From NCBI GenBank assembly GCA_016783505.1, contig JADHWK010000007.1, positions 1-64,000 of the forward strand: DNA of 64,000 nucleotides, written 5' to 3'. The translations under genes were made by a program, and so were the position numbers. This document shows, piece after piece, positions 60,357 to 64,000 of the stretch (the first letter of the stretch is position 1; the number at the start of each line of letters is the position of its first letter). Below the pieces are notes generated by a model. The model had not been told where the DNA came from, made no database searches, and worked only from the letters and a program-made list of their open reading frames with translations. The DNA comes from Candidatus Zhuqueibacterota bacterium. GTDB lineage: Bacteria > BS750m-G25.

Positions 60357-61598
60357 ATGGAACAATCTGCCCTTAAGAAAGCAGACTGGGAAGCGATTGA
60401 AAGGCTTGGTCGGGCTGACCTGCTGGTGGGTATCCCCAGCTTTAACAATGCCGCCACCATCGGGCATGTGGTGGTGGCGGCGGTCGGGGGACTTGCCCGC
60501 TATTTCCCCAATCGGAAGGGGATCATTATCAACTCCGATGGGGGTTCTACAGATGGCACCCAGGGAGTCTTTCAGGGTGTTCCAATACAGATCGGACTTA
60601 AGTCTCATACCTTGACTTACCAGGGTATACCGGGGAAAGGAACCGCCTTCAAAGCTTTGTTCGAGATCGGGATGAGGCTGGGGGTAAAAGCCGTGGTGGT
60701 GGTGGATTCAGATTTAAGGAGTATTACCCCAGAATGGATCCAGAAGATGGGCTCCCCGGTGCTGGAGGGGGGATATGGGTTGGTGACACCCCTCTATTCC
60801 CGGCATAAATACGACGGAACCATTACCAACGCCATCGCCTACCCCTTGACCCGGGCCTTATACGGCCTCCGGGTGCGCCAGCCCATCGGGGGGGATTTCG
60901 GTTTATCATCCGAATTGGTGGGACGACTGCTGGAGATGGATGTCTGGGATACCGATGTGGCCCGTTTCGGCATTGACATCTTCCTGACAACTACAGCCAT
61001 CTACATGGGGATAAAAATAGGTCAGGCCCCTTTAGGGGCCAAAATTCACGACGTCAAGGACCCGGCGGCGACCCTGGGACCCATGTTCCGCCAGGTGGTG
61101 GGCACCCTGTTCGGGTTAATGAAGACTTATCAAGGGCGTTGGCCTGAAATCACCGGAAGCACACCAGTTGACCTACTGGGGTCGGTAGAAGAGGCCGAGC
61201 CAGAACCTGTAAAAGTGACCCTTCCGGCCCTGACAAAGAATTTCCGGGATGGCTTCGGGGATCATTTCCCCTTCTACCAGGAGTTTATTTCCCCCGAAAT
61301 CCTGAAGGAATTGGAAAAACTGCGAGCCTCCCCCGAGGATCTCTTCCATTTCCCCGCTTCCCTCTGGGCCAAAATAGTCTATGAATTTGCGGTGGCCTAC
61401 AATCAGGGTTGCCATCCACCGACCCAGGTGGTGGACGCCCTGACCCCCTTATATTTTGGCCGCACTGCCTCTTTTGTAATGGAAACCCGGGAACTGTCCA
61501 CCCAGGAAGCGGAGAGGGTAATCGAAAATGTGGCGGAGCAATTTGAAAAGGAAAAGAAATATTTAATTAAAAGATGGTCGCAGAGGATTAAAAAATGA
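60357..61598 (+). CDS. Glucosylglycerate/mannosylglycerate synthase-like glycosyltransferase
   Basis: VGIPSFNN, DGGSTDGT, GKG, DSDL, R.KYDGTITN, RQPIGGDF, FGIDI, K.H. Confidence 0.75.
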   Translation: MEQSALKKADWEAIERLGRADLLVGIPSFNNAATIGHVVVAAVGGLARYFPNRKGIIINSDGGSTDGTQGVFQGVPIQIGLKSHTLTYQGIPGKGTAFKALFEIGMRLGVKAVVVVDSDLRSITPEWIQKMGSPVLEGGYGLVTPLYSRHKYDGTITNAIAYPLTRALYGLRVRQPIGGDFGLSSELVGRLLEMDVWDTDVARFGIDIFLTTTAIYMGIKIGQAPLGAKIHDVKDPAATLGPMFRQVVGTLFGLMKTYQGRWPEITGSTPVDLLGSVEEAEPEPVKVTLPALTKNFRDGFGDHFPFYQEFISPEILKELEKLRASPEDLFHFPASLWAKIVYEFAVAYNQGCHPPTQVVDALTPLYFGRTASFVMETRELSTQEAERVIENVAEQFEKEKKYLIKRWSQRIKK

Positions 61599-62734
61599 AG
61601 ATTGTGGTGGCTCCCAATGCCTTTAAAGAGAGCCTGACCGCCCTTGAAGCGGCCAATTTTATCGAAGAGGGGATTAAAAGGGTTTTTCCTGAATGTGAGG
61701 TGGTAAAAGTCCCCATGGCCGACGGGGGGGATGGGACGGCCGCGGCTTTAGTAGGGGCTACGGGGGGACGGATTCTCGCAGAAGAGGTAAATGGTCCCCT
61801 TGGGGAGAAGGTGAAGGCAGATTATGGTCTACTGGGGGATGGGGAAACGGCGGTGGTGGAGATGGCGGCGGCCTCGGGACTGAGGCTAATTCCTTCCAAA
61901 AAAAGAAACCCTTTGATAACTACCACCTACGGGACCGGTGAACTTATTAAAGCATGCCTGGGTCAGGGGGCCAAAAAGGTAATTGTGGGCATCGGGGGGA
62001 GCGCCACCGTGGACGGGGGAGCCGGGATGGCCCAGGCCTTAGGAGCCAGACTGTTGGACCGAGACGGAAAGCAAATTCCCTTCGGGGGCGGCGGGTTGGG
62101 TCAATTGGATCACATTGATGTAAGCGGAATGGACGAACGAATAAATCAGATTGAGTGCCTCGTTGCCAGCGATGTAGATAATCCCCTTACTGGCCCTTCG
62201 GGGGCAGCGGCGGTCTACGGACCCCAGAAGGGGGCTACACAGGAGGAAGTGGTTCAATTGGATAGGAATTTATCCCATTACGCTGATGTAATCAGACGGG
62301 ATTTGGGAATTAATGTCAAGGATGTCCCCGGGGCTGGGGCCGCCGGGGGGCTGGGGGCGGGTCTCTTAGCCTTTTTTGGGGCCCAGCTTAAGTCAGGCAT
62401 CGAGATCGTCATCCAAGCCTCGGGTCTTAAAGAAAAGCTTCAGGGGGCGGACCTTATCATCACGGGCGAGGGAAAAATTGACTCCCAGACCGCCCACGGG
62501 AAGGCGGTGGCCGGGGTGGCCAAGCTGGCGAAAAGAGAAAGGGTCCCCGTCGTTGCGGTGGGGGGGAGCCTCACGGAAGATGCCAGGGCCGTTCACCCCA
62601 TCGGGGTGGATGCCCTCTTCAGCACGATTCCCCGTCCTGTTTCTCTTGATCGAGCCATGGAAAGAGCAGGCCCATTCTTAGCCGATGCCGTAGAAGAAAT
62701 TATGCGATTATGGGTGTGTTGCCGAAAATCATAG
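61595..62734 (+). CDS. glxK: Glycerate kinase (GlxK/GarK family)
   Basis: AP..FK.SL, P.ADGG.GT, GGSAT.DGG, YGPQKGA, GAAGG, TGEG..D.QT..GK. Confidence 0.93.
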   Translation: MKIVVAPNAFKESLTALEAANFIEEGIKRVFPECEVVKVPMADGGDGTAAALVGATGGRILAEEVNGPLGEKVKADYGLLGDGETAVVEMAAASGLRLIPSKKRNPLITTTYGTGELIKACLGQGAKKVIVGIGGSATVDGGAGMAQALGARLLDRDGKQIPFGGGGLGQLDHIDVSGMDERINQIECLVASDVDNPLTGPSGAAAVYGPQKGATQEEVVQLDRNLSHYADVIRRDLGINVKDVPGAGAAGGLGAGLLAFFGAQLKSGIEIVIQASGLKEKLQGADLIITGEGKIDSQTAHGKAVAGVAKLAKRERVPVVAVGGSLTEDARAVHPIGVDALFSTIPRPVSLDRAMERAGPFLADAVEEIMRLWVCCRKS

Positions 62735-62871
62735 GAGAAAAGGTCACCACCGGAGAAAGGAAGACGGCGGAGTAAGCCCTTCATGGCTGTGAAACCAGGA
62801 TTCATCAGGTCACGGGCCTGAAGGCATTATTCCCGAGGGGTTACAAAATTTTAAATGGGGAGCAATTAGAA

Positions 62872-64000
62872 ATGAAAGGGAAACTGCATCTAGCGATCGG
62901 CCATTATTCCATAGGTTATCGGGACGGAGTTAACACCGTATTGGTCCGCACGGTGCGGGGCCTGAAGGATATTGACCCCTCCCTAAAGATCACCGTGTTC
63001 GGAAAGCCCAGCCCGTTGATCGAGTCCTTCCTTCCCTGGGATAGGGGGAAGCTGGATTATGTGGGGATGGAGGAGTTGGATACCCATCACACCATGCCGG
63101 GACTGGGAGGGATGGGGATCGAGGAACAGGACGCCCATGATTATGTCTGGCTGGGCACCAAGATCGCCAAGAAGTTCGGGAAATTGTTTGCGGATGTGGA
63201 TGTAGTAATAATGGAAAACCTGTCCATCGGGGTGCACCCGGCGGTCACCTACGCCTTCTTCCTGACGGCCATGGACAATTATAACCGCTCCACCACCCGG
63301 AGGTTCATCTCCCGGGTTCACGATTTCGCCCAGCAGCGGCCCCGGAATTTCCAGAACATGAAGAAGTTTCATGATTATCGTTTCGGTTATGTCCCCGACT
63401 GGCATGAAGTTCTCTATCCTAATATGCCCAACGTGGACTACATCTCCATCAACACAGCTGATATGGATCGCCTGCTGGATCACGGGATCGACCGAGACCG
63501 TATCTCTTATATTCCCAACTGCATTGACGATTCCCTGCTGGTGCCCGATGATAAAGGTCAAGAACTGCGGCGGTTACTCCAGAACAAAGAAGGCATTGAA
63601 GAGGATACCTGTCTCATCTTCTATCCGGTGCGGTGCATTCCCCGCAAGAACGTGGAGGAGGCCATTTTTATCACCATGCTGCTGAACAATTTGACAAAGA
63701 TGGATTTTTATAAGTCGAAATATAATCTGATGCCTAAATATCACCTCCTGGTCAGTCTGGAAGCAACCACCGGTGATGAGAAGAAGTATACCGATACCCT
63801 GAAGGATTTCGTTAAAAAGCATCGCCTTCCGGTTACCATTGGTCTTGGGGATTGGGTGGCCCTGAAGAGGGAATATGATATTGTCGACGGGGAGAGACGC
63901 CTGACAAAGTTCGGGGTGGCCGACGCCTACGCCATGGCTGATGTGGTCATCACCACCAGCTATCTGGAGGGTTTTGGTTTTGTTTTTATCGAGCCCTGGG
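62872..64000 (+). CDS. Second MggA-like GT-B glycosyltransferase (runs off window)
   Basis: Open frame MKGKLHLAIGHYSIG..DGV, HDFAQQRP, YPVR...RKNVEE, EGFGFVFIEPW; not in ORF track because it has no stop in the window. Confidence 0.8.
   Translation, partial: MKGKLHLAIGHYSIGYRDGVNTVLVRTVRGLKDIDPSLKITVFGKPSPLIESFLPWDRGKLDYVGMEELDTHHTMPGLGGMGIEEQDAHDYVWLGTKIAKKFGKLFADVDVVIMENLSIGVHPAVTYAFFLTAMDNYNRSTTRRFISRVHDFAQQRPRNFQNMKKFHDYRFGYVPDWHEVLYPNMPNVDYISINTADMDRLLDHGIDRDRISYIPNCIDDSLLVPDDKGQELRRLLQNKEGIEEDTCLIFYPVRCIPRKNVEEAIFITMLLNNLTKMDFYKSKYNLMPKYHLLVSLEATTGDEKKYTDTLKDFVKKHRLPVTIGLGDWVALKREYDIVDGERRLTKFGVADAYAMADVVITTSYLEGFGFVFIEPW

Noticed and set aside
1-64000. tRNA, rRNA, riboswitch or integron integrase
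   Set aside because: None recognised by eye; a covariance-model and HMM scan would be needed to exclude them

Overview
Bacterial chromosomal window with almost every gene on the + strand; the only clear minus-strand gene is an IS110 transposase. Gene style suggests an anaerobic FCB-type or candidate-phylum organism, which is inference only. In order it carries: (1) an AT-rich, partly decayed Wzx/Wzy surface-polysaccharide cluster that includes a secreted GH42-like protein (1-14.8 kb); (2) serS, an AT-rich AbiJ/Abi-like gene and trkAH; (3) a group 3b [NiFe]-sulfhydrogenase operon; (4) an ~19-kb oxidative/nitrosative-stress and Fe-S/sulfur-relay cluster (superoxide reductases, Tpx, PerR-like regulator, rubrerythrin/ferritin-like proteins, ZupT, NifU, an IscS lacking its PLP lysine, IscU, DsrE2, TusA, rubredoxin, DUF438, nrfAH); (5) ldh and a phosphoesterase/beta-propeller protein; (6) a glucosylglycerate-type compatible-solute cluster split by an ~7-kb insert. 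That insert holds attC-like sites, an IS1111-type IS110 element abutting one of them, and otsAB/treT. Intergenic DNA is full of nested short palindromic elements, several of which look like precise 20-33-nt insertions into other repeats or into genes. There are also several remnants where an internal deletion left only the ends of a gene. No rRNA, tRNA, CRISPR array or integron integrase was seen. All family calls come from motif recognition by eye, not from database searches.
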